NCBI GenBank assembly: GCA_024626585.2
Contig: JANKJI020000002.1
Span: 108,208,565 to 108,232,320, forward strand
Length of the DNA stretch: 23,756 nucleotides
Direction: 5' to 3'
Source of the DNA: Ginkgo biloba
Taxonomy: Eukaryota; Plantae; Ginkgophyta
The notes below the pieces were generated by a model that made no database searches, was not told where the DNA came from, and saw nothing but the letters and a program-made list of their open reading frames with translations. The position numbers and the translations under genes were made by a program. This document shows, piece after piece, positions 22,260 to 23,756 of the stretch; the first letter of the stretch is position 1, and every line of letters starts with the position of its first letter.

Positions 22260-23393
22260 AAAATGCTTTTCTCTCAAAGCATTGATACGATGAGTGTTGT
22301 GCCCAATGAGATTCTTTTATTCAAGATGTGTTTAATAATTGGCACATGTTTGAAAAGTTCTATTTCCTTTTGCATTAAGTTGATNNNNNNNNNNNNNNNN
22401 NNNNNNNNNNNNNNNNNNNNNNNNNNNNNNNNNNNNNNNNNNNNNNNNNNNNNNNNNNNNNNNNNNNNNNNNNNNNNNNNNNNNTTTCTTCTAGAAAAAG
22501 TGCTTTTTACCTTGCTCAAAGAATGGCTTCTTAAAGGATGAAGACTCTTTCTTTGGTTGGAGTGGCTTCTTGGATAACTTTGCTTGTTTATATTGGGCAG
22601 TCTCTACTTGCAAAGAACCATTTCCTACCTCCTCTTTGTTTGTGGTCTTGCTACCACAATTCCCTACTAATATGTGGCTTCAATCCACGAATGAAGTGGA
22701 ACAATCTATANNNNNNNNNNNNNNNNNNNNNNNNNNNNNNNNNNNNNNNNNNNNNNNNTGGCAAACTCATGCATAGTACCCATTTGCCTCAAAACAAGCA
22801 CCTGACTGAATGCCTAACATGTCATCCTGTAGTGTATATTTCTTATGCATCACTTCATTCATCTCCAACTGTATGCTAATTCATCGCCTCATGCCTTCCT
22901 CTATTTCTATTTGAACACCATTCCCCCATTCTTTGGCATGTTTTTTGAGAGCAAATGTGACCATAGTAACGTTATTTTCTTCTAGAATATTAACATAAGT
23001 TAAGAATGTCTCCACTACTCTTACCCATGATCGAAATGATGATCCCATTGTTCTGCGATCAAAATCTAGAATTTGCATATTCTTTAGTTGCTTTGTGGTT
23101 TGACTCAACTTCCATTCTCACAAGGCTTTTTGGTTCATGCTTCTGAGTACTGTCAGATTGCTCGTACAGTTCCTCATGCTCTTCAAAATTAGGCAATTCT
23201 TCATATTCTAGTGGGTTTATTGAAGGATTCCTCGCCAATTCTTGTTGCTTCTGCTCCCTCCTATTTTCATAGGTCAGGATCATGTTCCTTGGCTTCGACT
23301 TGCCCTCCTTCAACTTCCAAACTTTAGCTTCAATGACTTTTAACTTCTTCAAGATATTACATTCTATCCTTGGAATCTTTTCTACTCCCGTAG

Positions 23394-23405
23394 GCTCTAA
23401 TACCA
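23394..23405 (-). promoter_or_regulatory. PBS (tRNA-iMet) of element 3
   Basis: GCTCTAATACCA is the reverse complement of TGGTATTAGAGC. Confidence 0.8.
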
Positions 23406-23756
23406 CTACAACAACTTTCCTTCTAAACTTACACCACAAATCAGTTTAGTCCTGCAATATACATAGTAAAATAGAGACATAGACATGATTACATCCACAT
23501 AATGATCAAGTATTAGTTTCAACCACAAAACATAGTAGTAAGCATACACATATATTGCAGATATTTATTTATGTTAATATATGACAATGTTAAATAGATA
23601 TTAGACATGATAGGTTTCAAAGGGAAAATTGCTAGGAAACAGGTCGTCTTGTAGCAATGACTCAAACCTTTTTTTGTTGTCTGTGGCGATTGCCTAAAAG
23701 GGCTTACTATGTTGGTAGCTAGACCTCTTCTGGCAACGTAGTGCAAATAGTTAGTG

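Larger units (their letters stand above)
1637..22758. other. Assembly gaps (13 N-runs)
   Basis: 100-N runs at 1637, 7379, 10881, 14539, 17515 and 22385 are probably unknown-size placeholders. Shorter runs at 2047, 6054, 9460, 11736, 12148, 19572 and 22711. Confidence 0.9.
21053..23756 (-). mobile_element. Gypsy element 3 (same family as element 1), minus strand, running off the window end
   Basis: 5' LTR end 23407-23756 repeats 21053-~21400. PBS TGGTATTAGAGC at 23405-23394. Gag (SFRSWVRVVETFL...AKEWGN) is homologous to 8538-9459. PPT AAGAAGGGGGGA precedes the 3' LTR. Confidence 0.9.

Overview
AT-rich eukaryotic genomic DNA from a gappy draft scaffold (13 N-runs, six of exactly 100 N). It is land-plant sequence; the long TE-filled intron style and retroelement types suggest a gymnosperm or fern, which is inference. 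Three real host exons are present, all on the + strand and poorly captured by the ORF track. Two consecutive exons encode FGAM synthase (PUR4/PurL; 2534-2653 and 2879-2950) and are joined by a non-canonical GC-AG intron. An isolated, intact 104-nt exon (18644-18747) encodes part of a different conserved plant protein, the DUF493/YbeD-like family (Arabidopsis At1g27385-like). No further PUR4 exon and no other DUF493 exon was found in the sequenced bases. The two genes therefore appear tightly linked and possibly nested or interleaved on the same strand, which is the most interesting observation. Most of the remainder is decayed, nested LTR retrotransposons: three chromovirus-like Ty3/Gypsy copies with LTRs and tRNA-iMet PBS (one also with a PPT), two orphan gag remnants, a Tat/Athila-type RT-RNaseH remnant, a Ty1/Copia 3' end, LTR fragments, and small tandem repeats and palindromes.
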